Source: Candidatus Pacearchaeota archaeon (lineage in GTDB: Archaea; Nanobdellota; Nanobdellia; Pacearchaeales; GW2011-AR1). Taken from it: DNA of 64,000 nucleotides. The DNA lies in the NCBI GenBank assembly GCA_016866995.1, contig VGKQ01000001.1, positions 16,194 to 80,193 of the forward strand, in the 5' to 3' direction. Shown here piece after piece: positions 9,196 to 17,848 of the stretch. The translations under genes were made by a program, and so were the position numbers. How positions within the stretch are numbered: position 1 is the stretch's first letter; every line of letters begins with the position of its first letter. The notes below the pieces were generated by a model. The model was not told the DNA's origin and did not search any database. It saw only the letters and a program-made list of their open reading frames with translations.

Positions 9196-9702
9196 CTATT
9201 TTTTAGTTTTCCAGCAGTTAAGCCATTCTATAAACCTGTCAAAGTTCCTTTTATCAAAAGATGCCTCCTCTTTATCCTTTAAAATTTCACATAACTCATC
9301 TGGACTACAGTTAACTCCTGAGAGAGAATAAGCTATACCCAAATTAAGATATCTAAAACAACAGTAGATAGATAATATATCTATTCCAGAACGTTCAATT
9401 TCTGCTTCCATAGAACCTAGAGGAAAAAAAGCAGATCTCCCGCTAGTTTCAGCTAGTATTCTTAGTACTTTGACAATTCTCGTATGACTTTTAGGTTTAA
9501 TTCCTAGTGAAAAAGGATCTGTTACAACTACAATCTCGTGCTTAAGAGGAGGAGCATGGAGGGTGGCATAAAAAATTTCACCTCTCTTGCACTCTCTAGG
9601 CAGATTTCTTAGCCCATTTTCCTCGCATTTTTCTGCATCTTCTCTTCTTGTATAAGTTTGCTTGCAAATCTTACAAGCATACTCATAAATTGTGTCTACC
9701 AT
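9196..9702 (-). CDS. Hypothetical protein with N-terminal CxxC...C motif
   Basis: Likely start MVDTIYEYACKICKQTY...AEKCE. Confidence 0.6.
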   Translation of the reverse strand: MVDTIYEYACKICKQTYTRREDAEKCEENGLRNLPRECKRGEIFYATLHAPPLKHEIVVVTDPFSLGIKPKSHTRIVKVLRILAETSGRSAFFPLGSMEAEIERSGIDILSIYCCFRYLNLGIAYSLSGVNCSPDELCEILKDKEEASFDKRNFDRFIEWLNCWKTKK

Positions 9703-9829
9703 CTTATTTTTTCTTAATTTGTTGTTATTTATTATAACCAAGTAGCAACACCCGCCTATTTAGATATTTATCCTCCCAAATGATACTATAAAAAGAAAGA
9801 ATTAAAAAGCTCAATTTCCTTGGTTTTTT

Positions 9830-10561
9830 ATGGACACGGCAATACTTGAAGATTTAGGATTAACACAAGCAGAAATAAAAGTTTATCTTGCCTTATTGCA
9901 GTTAGGAAGTTCCTCTGCTGGAAAAATTCTGGAAAAATCTAGTCTCCAGAATTCGGTTGTTCATAGGGCTTTAAACAGCTTGATTGAAAAAGGATTAATA
10001 AGCTTTATTCTGAAGGGAAAGAAAAAAATCTATCAGGCAACTAATCCAGAGCATTTTTATGAGTTTATTGAGGATAAAAAGATAAATTTTGAAAAAATCC
10101 TGCCTGAATTAAAGGAAAAGCAAAAACAAGCCAAAGAGAAAGAGCAGGCAGCAGTCTATAAGGGAAAAAAAGGAATAAATGAAATCTATAATCTTTTATT
10201 AAATTCTAGAGGAAAAGAGTATAACACTTTCGGAGGTGGCAAGAGAGTAACTTATGATGTTATGGGGGAAGATTGGTGGTATTCTCTGCACACCAAAAGA
10301 ATTGCCAAAAAAATTAAATCCAGACAGGTATTTGATGAGACAATTAGAAAGTTTGGAAAGCAGCTAAACAAGCGCCCTTTGTCAAAAGTAAAATTCTTGT
10401 CTCAGGAATTTGAGCAATTAACAGAAACAATAATCTGCGGAAATTTTGTTGCAATTGTTATGTTTACAGAAAATCCCTATGGTTTATTAATCGAAGATAA
10501 AACTGTCGCAGAAAGTTACAGAAAATATTTTGAGCAGTTATGGAAAATAGCAAAGAGATAG
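9830..10561 (+). CDS. TrmB-family transcriptional regulator
   Basis: LEDLGLTQAEIKVYLALL wHTH, YKGKKGI linker, C-terminal YFEQLWK. Confidence 0.9.
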   Translation: MDTAILEDLGLTQAEIKVYLALLQLGSSSAGKILEKSSLQNSVVHRALNSLIEKGLISFILKGKKKIYQATNPEHFYEFIEDKKINFEKILPELKEKQKQAKEKEQAAVYKGKKGINEIYNLLLNSRGKEYNTFGGGKRVTYDVMGEDWWYSLHTKRIAKKIKSRQVFDETIRKFGKQLNKRPLSKVKFLSQEFEQLTETIICGNFVAIVMFTENPYGLLIEDKTVAESYRKYFEQLWKIAKR

Positions 10562-10616
10562 AAAAGCAGAAGTAGCAAAATTTATTAAGGATGTTAAGCC
10601 ATTTAAAACTATCAAA

Positions 10617-10702
10617 GGGGCCGTGGGGTAGTCTGGTAGCCTTCCAGCCTTGGGAAAATCTCAAGAGAGTTGGCGACCCCGGTTCAAATCTGGGCGGCCC
10701 CA
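10617..10702 (+). tRNA. tRNA-Pro(TGG) with 13-nt intron at 37/38 (10655-10667)
   Basis: GGGGCCG...CGGCCCCA acceptor; anticodon stem CCAGC/GTTGG; TGG at 10651-10653; GGTTCAAATC T-arm; 20-nt anticodon loop implies an intron. Confidence 0.92.
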
Positions 10703-10744
10703 TATAAAACAAAGATTTAAAAGCCAAATTCAGCAGATATAAAC

Positions 10745-10957
10745 ATGAGAACAAAAAAAGTAAAAGCAGCAGGAAGATTAAGAGCAGGATATGGAAAATA
10801 TGTCCGGGGAAGAATAACAGAAATAGAAGGCAAGCAGAGAAAAAAACAAGCATGCCCTTACTGCAAAAAAACAGCAAGAAGAATATCAAAAGGAATATGG
10901 AAATGCAACAAATGCGGAAAAAAATTTGCATCTCATGCTTACTATATCAATAAATAA
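10745..10957 (+). CDS. rpl37ae: 50S ribosomal protein L37Ae
   Basis: AGRLRAGYG, CPYC...GIWKCNKC. Confidence 0.93.
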   Translation: MRTKKVKAAGRLRAGYGKYVRGRITEIEGKQRKKQACPYCKKTARRISKGIWKCNKCGKKFASHAYYINK

Positions 10958-11112
10958 TCCTGAATTAATATTACAAAAACAAATTAAGAGTTAAAATATT
11001 ATAATATTAAAAAACCAATAAAAAATTCCTTAAATTAAAACAATTGATAAATTTAAGTTACAGCTAATTAAGGAAAGTTTAAAAATAAACAAAACTAACA
11101 AAATAATATAAG

Positions 11113-11250
11113 ATGGCGCAATACAAATGTTTCAAGTGCGGAAAGCAGATTTCTCACAAAGCTCTCGAGAAAAGATTTTCCTGCCCAGGCTGCGGCAGCA
11201 AAATATTTTTTAAGCCAAGAAAAGATACATTTAGGATAAAAGCCGAATAA
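11113..11250 (+). CDS. rpoP: DNA-directed RNA polymerase subunit P (Rpo12)
   Basis: Hand-translated MAQYKCFKCGKQISHKALEKRFSCPGCGSKIFFKPRKDTFRIKAE; follows L37Ae. Confidence 0.92.
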   Translation: MAQYKCFKCGKQISHKALEKRFSCPGCGSKIFFKPRKDTFRIKAE

Positions 11251-11254
11251 AATA

Positions 11255-11539
11255 ATGTCATTAGATAAAAATTTAAGTGAAGAAGACAAAAAACGAATTA
11301 AGGACGCAGTTAAAGAATTGTCAAGAAGATATCAGCAACGAGATTATAAATTTGACACCCCCTTTCCAGAACATCATCTTGGAGATGTATATTATATAAT
11401 AATTTGTTCTGATGGGCATGCCATTTGGGGCAAAGATATAAAAAGCATGATAAATAGGTTGAAAAGTAAAGGGTATGAAGAATACCAAATGTTAATAACC
11501 ACAAGGGGAGATGAACACCATATTTTATTAGTGGCATAA
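11255..11539 (+). CDS. Hypothetical protein, weakly DUF5678-like
   Basis: Tightly coupled between rpoP and prefoldin; YYIIICSDGHAIWGKDIKSMINRLKSKG. Confidence 0.55.
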   Translation: MSLDKNLSEEDKKRIKDAVKELSRRYQQRDYKFDTPFPEHHLGDVYYIIICSDGHAIWGKDIKSMINRLKSKGYEEYQMLITTRGDEHHILLVA

Positions 11540-11546
11540 AAATAAA

Positions 11547-11882
11547 ATGAACATTAAAAAAGAAATCCAGGAAAAAATTCAGGTTTTGCAGTCTCTTGAG
11601 CAGAATCTTCAAGCCTTGATGCTCCAAAAACAGGCATTTCAAGTCGAGCTTAATGAGGCAGAATCCGCTCTTTCTGAAATAGGAAAAACAAAAGATGATA
11701 TTTACAGAATAACCGGGCAGATAATGCTAAAAACAGATAAAAATCAAGTTGAGAAAGAATTGACAGAAAGAAAAGATATTATTTCTCTGAGATTAAAGTC
11801 AATTGACAAGCAGGAAAAATTATTGAAAGAAAAGCTTGAAAAATTGAAGGAAGAAGTCACTAACGAGATAAAAAAAGAGTGA
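11547..11882 (+). CDS. pfdB: Prefoldin beta subunit
   Basis: Coiled coils flanking IYRITGQIMLK hairpin. Confidence 0.92.
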   Translation: MNIKKEIQEKIQVLQSLEQNLQALMLQKQAFQVELNEAESALSEIGKTKDDIYRITGQIMLKTDKNQVEKELTERKDIISLRLKSIDKQEKLLKEKLEKLKEEVTNEIKKE

Positions 11883-12127
11883 TATTGTCTTTTGTTGATT
11901 GTCAAATAAAAATTCTATAACAAATATTAACAAAAATAATTAAACATAACACCTTAATTTAATTTCTAATAACTTAATCTCAGAATTAGTTTATATTAAC
12001 TTATATTTTTTAGTATAATTTGCTTTAGTTTATAGTTAAAAACAAATTTTTCAATTTTTTTTAACTACTCTATTGCAATTAATGGATTATAGAAATATTT
12101 ATAAACTATCTAGATATACTTTTGACT

Positions 12128-12523
12128 ATGGTGCTTAAAAAATTAAAAGAGATGTTTACAGGAGTTTCAACAGAGGCAGATTATGTTGAAATTGACTTGG
12201 GGCAGGAAGCAAGAAAAAGCAAGGTTCTTGTCCGCCCATTCATTCTAAGACAGTTTGATGACATAAACGAAATCTTAAATACATTAAGAGAAGGATACAC
12301 AATTGCTGTTATAGACATCCGCCCGCTGAAAACCAAAGATGTCATTGAGTTAAAAAGAGCGATAAGCAAAGTCAAAAAGACTGCAGAAGCTCTTGAAGGA
12401 AGCATTGCCGGATTTGGAGAGAATATAATAATAGTAACTCCAAGCTTTGCAGAAATCCACAAAGCAGTGCCAAAACCAGTAGCAAAAGGAATTGAGCTTT
12501 TTGATGAAGGCAAGTTTGAATAA
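12128..12523 (+). CDS. sepF: Archaeal SepF (DUF552) cell division protein
   Basis: LREGYTIAVIDI, ELKRAI, GSIAGFGENIIIVTP. Confidence 0.85.
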   Translation: MVLKKLKEMFTGVSTEADYVEIDLGQEARKSKVLVRPFILRQFDDINEILNTLREGYTIAVIDIRPLKTKDVIELKRAISKVKKTAEALEGSIAGFGENIIIVTPSFAEIHKAVPKPVAKGIELFDEGKFE

Positions 12524-12696
12524 TTCTTTGATTAGAATCACAGATGATTAAACTATTAATATAATACATAATTAACTTTCAATAGATTCCCAATTTTAAT
12601 AATATTTATTAATTTTAATTAAATTATTAATTTTAAGTTATGTCCAAACTAATTATATTCAGTTAATTTAATATACTTCTATTTTCTTGCAAATTT

Positions 12697-13296
12697 ATGA
12701 AAATCATGCACATAGAAGCAGTAAAAAAAGAAAAAATAAATTTTCAGGCTCTGGAAGAGCTTGAAAAAATTCTTCCTCCTATAATATATATAGCATACAG
12801 CATACAATACAAAAATCTGGCTCTTGAGTTAAAAAGCAAAATAAAGAAAAAAATAGCGGGCTTTTCACAAGTTCTTGGCTGTTCAAAACTCAAAACAAAT
12901 TTTCCTATACTATTACTGAGCTCAGGAAGATTTCACGCATTAAATCTCGCGCTTCAGGGAAACAAGGTTTATATTTTTGACAATTTCTCGCTAAAAGAAA
13001 TTGACAACAAGGAAATTGAATCAATAAAAAAGAGAGAAAAAGCAAAATATCTCAGGCTTCTTTCTTCAGACAATATAGGTATTATAGTATCAGCAAAATA
13101 CGGGCAGGAAAATCTCAGTAAAGCAGAAAAAATAAAAAAACAGCTCGAGAAAAAAAACAAAAAAGTTTTTTTATTTCTTTCAGATAATATAAATCCAAGC
13201 GAACTTGAAAATTTTTCATGTGATATTTTTGTCAATACTGCCTGCCCCGGATTAATGCTGGATTCTAACAAAATTATAAATCAAAATATTTTCTGA
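12697..13296 (+). CDS. dph2: Diphthamide synthesis protein Dph2-like (short form)
   Basis: SIQY, QVLGC, GRFHA, GIIVSAKYGQ, VNTACP. Confidence 0.8.
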   Translation: MKIMHIEAVKKEKINFQALEELEKILPPIIYIAYSIQYKNLALELKSKIKKKIAGFSQVLGCSKLKTNFPILLLSSGRFHALNLALQGNKVYIFDNFSLKEIDNKEIESIKKREKAKYLRLLSSDNIGIIVSAKYGQENLSKAEKIKKQLEKKNKKVFLFLSDNINPSELENFSCDIFVNTACPGLMLDSNKIINQNIF

Positions 13297-13358
13297 GTTA
13301 TATATTTTACAACACAATAAAGTTTAAATACCTTTACAACTGCACAATTACAACAAAG

Positions 13359-14957
13359 ATGAAAAAAGAATTACTCACGCTGGTTTTAATGACGGTAATG
13401 CTTACAAGTTTGGCAAGCGCACTGAATTTTAATCCTCAGGTAAATACCCTTACAAAATCAGCAAATGTTTCAGCATTTACACTAACTAATAATGAACCCG
13501 GCCCATTTAATTTCAGTGTAACAATTCCTCAGAAAATTGCAGATTCAAATAATCATTTTGTCACAATAGCTTCTCCATATACATATAATTTTTATAATTT
13601 AAATACAAGCAACTCTAGCTCTGTAAATATCTCAATCTCAAAAATTGATGATAATTTTGATATTGGGACATTCAATGCTCCTATTAGTATATTAGCATAC
13701 AATGAAACAACTTTAGAGCAGAGAAACGTTTCTCTTCAATTTACTTATGATTTCTGCGACATGGGGCAGGTTGGAAAAATAAAAGTTCTTGATATTGATG
13801 ATGTTTCTTCAGAGACTAATTTCAAATGGAAGCCACTTGACAAAGTTGAGATTGATATTGATGTCCAAAATAACAGGATAGGAAGAGATATTGATGCAGT
13901 AGTTGAAATTGACTTGTATGACACTGTTGACAAGCAGTTTATAGGAGTAGATGGGGATGGAGGAGACTTGACAGAAGATGTCAGCATTGATGACGGCAAA
14001 AAAGAGCAGGTTACATTTACAATAAGTGTGCCTGCAGAAGTTGCAGAAGGCTCTGGAAGATATGTTCTTTATGTAAAAGCTTATGAAGATGGGGAAGAAG
14101 AAACAGAGTGCAATGAAAAGCTCCAGAATATACAGATTGAAAGAGATTCAAGAGAAGTTAAGGTTATGGAAATTATTGCTCCCAACTCTTCAATTTGCGG
14201 AGCTGATGAAGATATTAAGTTTAAAGTGGCAAATATAGGCAGAAATTCTGAGAAGAAAATCCTTGTTGAAATGGTTAACAAAGAGCTTGGGATACAAGAA
14301 TCAAGGGAAATATCTGATCTAGGGCAGGATGACAATCCAAAAGAAATAACATTTGCAATACATATTCCAGAAAATGCAACACAAAAAACATACACATTGT
14401 CATTTAATCTTCGCTATAAATATGACACCAACGACAAGACATATGATATAAGCGAAGACGGGGTTGCAAGCCATACAATAAAATTAGAAGGAAACTGCAT
14501 CCAGGTTTCCAATACAGATGCTCTAATCACAGCAACTCTTGAGTCTGGAGCAAACGCAGGGCAGGAAATGACTGTAAATGCAAACATAAAAAATACAGGC
14601 TCTCAGACAACTTCTTATACACTATTAGTAACAGGAATTGACAGCTTTGCAACACTTGAAAGCATTAATCCGCAGACATTTACACTAAATCCAAACCAAG
14701 CCAAAGATGTTACAATAAAACTTTTAGCCAAGCCAGACGCAGGCGGGGATTATACATTCACAATAACTGCTTTATTTGACGGAAAAACAAAGCAGCAGTC
14801 TGCAACACTTACAATAACAGGCAAGCAGTCAGTTTCAGGCTCAGCAATAATTGACAGCCTCAAATCAAACTGGCTAATCTGGCTTATAGTTGTAATTAAT
14901 ATTGTTCTGATAATACTAATAATTGCCGTTGCAGTTAGAATATCAAAAAGAGAGTAA
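13359..14957 (+). CDS. Putative S-layer/cell-surface protein with Ig/CARDB-like domains and C-terminal TM anchor
   Basis: Signal peptide, beta-rich repeats (FKVANIG, IKNTG), many NxS/T, C-terminal TM plus basic tail; adjacent to archaeosortase. Confidence 0.75.
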   Translation: MKKELLTLVLMTVMLTSLASALNFNPQVNTLTKSANVSAFTLTNNEPGPFNFSVTIPQKIADSNNHFVTIASPYTYNFYNLNTSNSSSVNISISKIDDNFDIGTFNAPISILAYNETTLEQRNVSLQFTYDFCDMGQVGKIKVLDIDDVSSETNFKWKPLDKVEIDIDVQNNRIGRDIDAVVEIDLYDTVDKQFIGVDGDGGDLTEDVSIDDGKKEQVTFTISVPAEVAEGSGRYVLYVKAYEDGEEETECNEKLQNIQIERDSREVKVMEIIAPNSSICGADEDIKFKVANIGRNSEKKILVEMVNKELGIQESREISDLGQDDNPKEITFAIHIPENATQKTYTLSFNLRYKYDTNDKTYDISEDGVASHTIKLEGNCIQVSNTDALITATLESGANAGQEMTVNANIKNTGSQTTSYTLLVTGIDSFATLESINPQTFTLNPNQAKDVTIKLLAKPDAGGDYTFTITALFDGKTKQQSATLTITGKQSVSGSAIIDSLKSNWLIWLIVVINIVLIILIIAVAVRISKRE

Positions 14958-15011
14958 ATTTTCTCTTTCTAAGAGAAGAAGATATTTAAATAGCTTTTCT
15001 TTATTTTTTCT

Positions 15012-15533
15012 ATGAAAAAAGAAAACAAGAAACTGCTGCTTATTTTCTCAAGATACATATTTCTTGTATTAATTGCGCTGCCAAATCTTTTCTTGTTTTA
15101 TCTTGTCTTCACTCCGCTGACAGTCAATTCTGTGAATTTTTTTCTCAACTTTTTCTATTCTTCCATTATTTATGGCAGCAAGATACTTGTAAATAATACT
15201 TCAATAGAAATCATACAGGCATGCGTTGCGGGCTCTGCTTACTATCTTCTTTTGCTTCTTAATCTTTCCACTCCAATGAAAGCAAGAACAAGAATTTATT
15301 CAATTATTTTCTCACTTCTAGTTTTTCTCCTTATTAATATAGCAAGAATTTTTATTTTCTCAATGCTCTACTTGAATTCTTTCGCCTATTTTGATATAAC
15401 TCACAAGATTTTTTGGTATGTTGTTTCTGGAGTTATTGTTTTCTTTGTCTGGTTTGCTACAATTAAAATTTATAAGATAAAAAATATTCCTTTTTATACA
15501 GATATCAAATATATCTACAAACTGACAAAATAA
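15012..15533 (+). CDS. Short exosortase/archaeosortase-family protein (pacearchaeosortase-like)
   Basis: IEIIQACVAGSAY (Cys), NIARI (Arg), THK (His) in a multi-TM protein. Confidence 0.8.
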   Translation: MKKENKKLLLIFSRYIFLVLIALPNLFLFYLVFTPLTVNSVNFFLNFFYSSIIYGSKILVNNTSIEIIQACVAGSAYYLLLLLNLSTPMKARTRIYSIIFSLLVFLLINIARIFIFSMLYLNSFAYFDITHKIFWYVVSGVIVFFVWFATIKIYKIKNIPFYTDIKYIYKLTK

Positions 15534-15534
15534 A

Positions 15535-16158
15535 TTATTTTTTCTTTTTTTTAACACAGACATAGATAACTACTGCAATTATTGAAAAAATTACTGCAAA
15601 TACTGTTATCTTGTCAAGATTCTGTTTTATTAGCTCCTGATTCTGCCCGAAAGCATATCCAAGATAAATCAAAATTGCGCTCCAAATCCCAGCACCAAGC
15701 GCCGTGTAAAAAATGAATTTTCCAATATTCATTTTTGCAAATCCTGCCGGAAGCGAGATAAGCTGGCGTATTACAGGAATCAGTCTTCCTATAAAAGTTG
15801 TGATTTCCCCGTGATTTTCAAAAAATTTCTCTGATTTTTTTATGCTGTTTTTGTCAATAAAAAATATCTTCCCGTATTTTTTAGCAAGGGAATTCACGGC
15901 TCTTCTTCCTAGAAAATTCGCAAGATAATAATTTACAAAAGCTCCAAGCAGGCTTCCAAGAATGCTGGCTGTAAATATAAGAAATACTGACATTTTTCCC
16001 TGATACACAAGATATCCTGCAGGAATTAGTACAATCTCGCTTGGAAACGGGATAAAAGAGCTTTCTATTGCCATTAGAATGAATATCCCAAGATACCCAA
16101 GAGAGCCTATAGAAATTACAAGAAAATTCGCAAAATCCGACAATATCTCTGAAATCAT
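15535..16158 (-). CDS. DedA family membrane protein
   Basis: ESSFIPFPSE, GRLIPVIRQLISLPAG. Confidence 0.93.
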   Translation of the reverse strand: MISEILSDFANFLVISIGSLGYLGIFILMAIESSFIPFPSEIVLIPAGYLVYQGKMSVFLIFTASILGSLLGAFVNYYLANFLGRRAVNSLAKKYGKIFFIDKNSIKKSEKFFENHGEITTFIGRLIPVIRQLISLPAGFAKMNIGKFIFYTALGAGIWSAILIYLGYAFGQNQELIKQNLDKITVFAVIFSIIAVVIYVCVKKKKK

Positions 16159-16180
16159 AAATTATTTAGAATCCCTGCCT

Positions 16181-16828
16181 TTAAATGTCTATTCCTCTGT
16201 TGGATGCATAAACCCCCATCATAAATCTTTCTGTAACATTCATAAAATTGCAGTTGGCTATCTGCAGTCTGTAGCAATTTTCGTCTTTTATTATTTTATC
16301 ATTGCTTCCTTTTTCAAATAAAATCACAGAATATTTTTCATCTAAATTTCCACAATCTGAATATGTAAGATTTCTTTCAACTGCTTCTGTTTCATTTACC
16401 ACAACAGTATACTCCTTCAGGTTTAATCCTGCGCTTACAAGAAACGAATTAAGGCGGGAAGGGGCAAGAATGCTGTCATCGCATTTCTCCATAATAACTT
16501 CTTTAGTGGCTGAAAATGCAACATTTTTCTTTAGTTTTATTGTTCCATTAATTTTAATGTTTCTTAATTTTCTCGGATCTTCTGAAAATGTAAATGGCAT
16601 GTAAGCTGTAACTTTTCCAGAAGCATCAGCAAGAGGAAACAAAGCATTATATTCTATTCTGCTTCCTTGTTGTATTTTCTCAAACTTTACTCCAAGATAT
16701 TCAAACTTGCTGCTTCCCATTTCAACAAGAAAAATAGCCGCCATAATTGCTATAATTATTCCTAATATTGCCAAAACCCATTTTAACTGGCTTTCATGCT
16801 TGTCTTCTTTTATTTTTCTCTTTTTCAT
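16181..16828 (-). CDS. Single-pass membrane hypothetical protein
   Basis: Basic N-terminus plus TM, Cys-containing ectodomain; similar architecture to 17041-17604. Confidence 0.7.
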   Translation of the reverse strand: MKKRKIKEDKHESQLKWVLAILGIIIAIMAAIFLVEMGSSKFEYLGVKFEKIQQGSRIEYNALFPLADASGKVTAYMPFTFSEDPRKLRNIKINGTIKLKKNVAFSATKEVIMEKCDDSILAPSRLNSFLVSAGLNLKEYTVVVNETEAVERNLTYSDCGNLDEKYSVILFEKGSNDKIIKDENCYRLQIANCNFMNVTERFMMGVYASNRGIDI

Positions 16829-17040
16829 GTTATCTTTCAATTGAAACCCGCACTTATAAATCTTATGGAATTAAATTATTATTATCTTTAATTATTGTTC
16901 TGTTAATTTTATTGTGCATTCTTAATCTAAATTTATTAATCTATAACTCATTATTATTTATCTAGAGTTAATTTTAACATTTAATAATATTATTTATCAT
17001 TAACTTTTTTATTGTAAGTATATTTCTTCTTGCATTATTG

Positions 17041-17604
17041 TTAGCTTTGTAAAATCCTGTAAATAAAAGAATCAGCCGCCTTTATTGTGTTATTGGAGAA
17101 AATAAAAACACAATTATCTTCTTCAGTATACACTGATTTCTTAAAATCTGGCTTTTCTTTTATTATTATCATGTTGCTTGAGCAATTTTTTTCAGGCAGG
17201 TTTTCAGTGCAGTTTTCCATATAGCACGCAAGATTAATTCTCTCTGCAAACTGGGCAAGATTTCTCGCAATTTCTTCATCCGCAGCACTGCTTCCTGTAA
17301 GATACAGCGGATTTTTTATATAATCCTGCAATCTCTTGTTAATTTTCACTTCTTCTGTCTCATTTGGAAGATAGCGAAAATAAAATTTATAGCTGGAAAT
17401 TTCAGTTGTCCAGACATCTCCCTGCCTCGTAAAAGTCAAGCCATTCATGCTTACTTTCCCTTCTGCTGTTGTTTTCTCCCACCCAAAAAAAGCATATCCT
17501 GCTGAACTTAAAAGAAGAATAATTCCAAAAATAATCACAATTATCTTGTTTCTTCTTTCTCTCTTTTTTTCTGTTTCTTCTTTATTCTCAATTTTTCTTA
17601 TCAT
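17041..17604 (-). CDS. Single-pass membrane hypothetical protein
   Basis: TM ending SSAGYAF, FRYLPNE, C-terminal Cys cluster. Confidence 0.7.
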   Translation of the reverse strand: MIRKIENKEETEKKRERRNKIIVIIFGIILLLSSAGYAFFGWEKTTAEGKVSMNGLTFTRQGDVWTTEISSYKFYFRYLPNETEEVKINKRLQDYIKNPLYLTGSSAADEEIARNLAQFAERINLACYMENCTENLPEKNCSSNMIIIKEKPDFKKSVYTEEDNCVFIFSNNTIKAADSFIYRILQS

Positions 17605-17848
17605 AATCTAATTAGTTAATATTGATTTAAAAATATATTTATTATGTTTGAAATAAAAACCATTATTAATTGTTTTATCTAATTTATCAAAGATATTTAA
17701 TCTTTTTATAATCATTAATTTTATAATTTATTATAATTGAATTAACCCTTATGAATTTTTCTGATTTTTGTAAAGTGCAGATAATTCAGAGAGCTCTAGC
17801 TTGAAATTAAAAAAAAGAAAAAGAAAAGAAAAAAAATAAAGCCTATTT

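Noticed and set aside
10464-10931. 155-aa minus-strand ORF
   Set aside because: Antisense to tRNA-Pro and L37Ae
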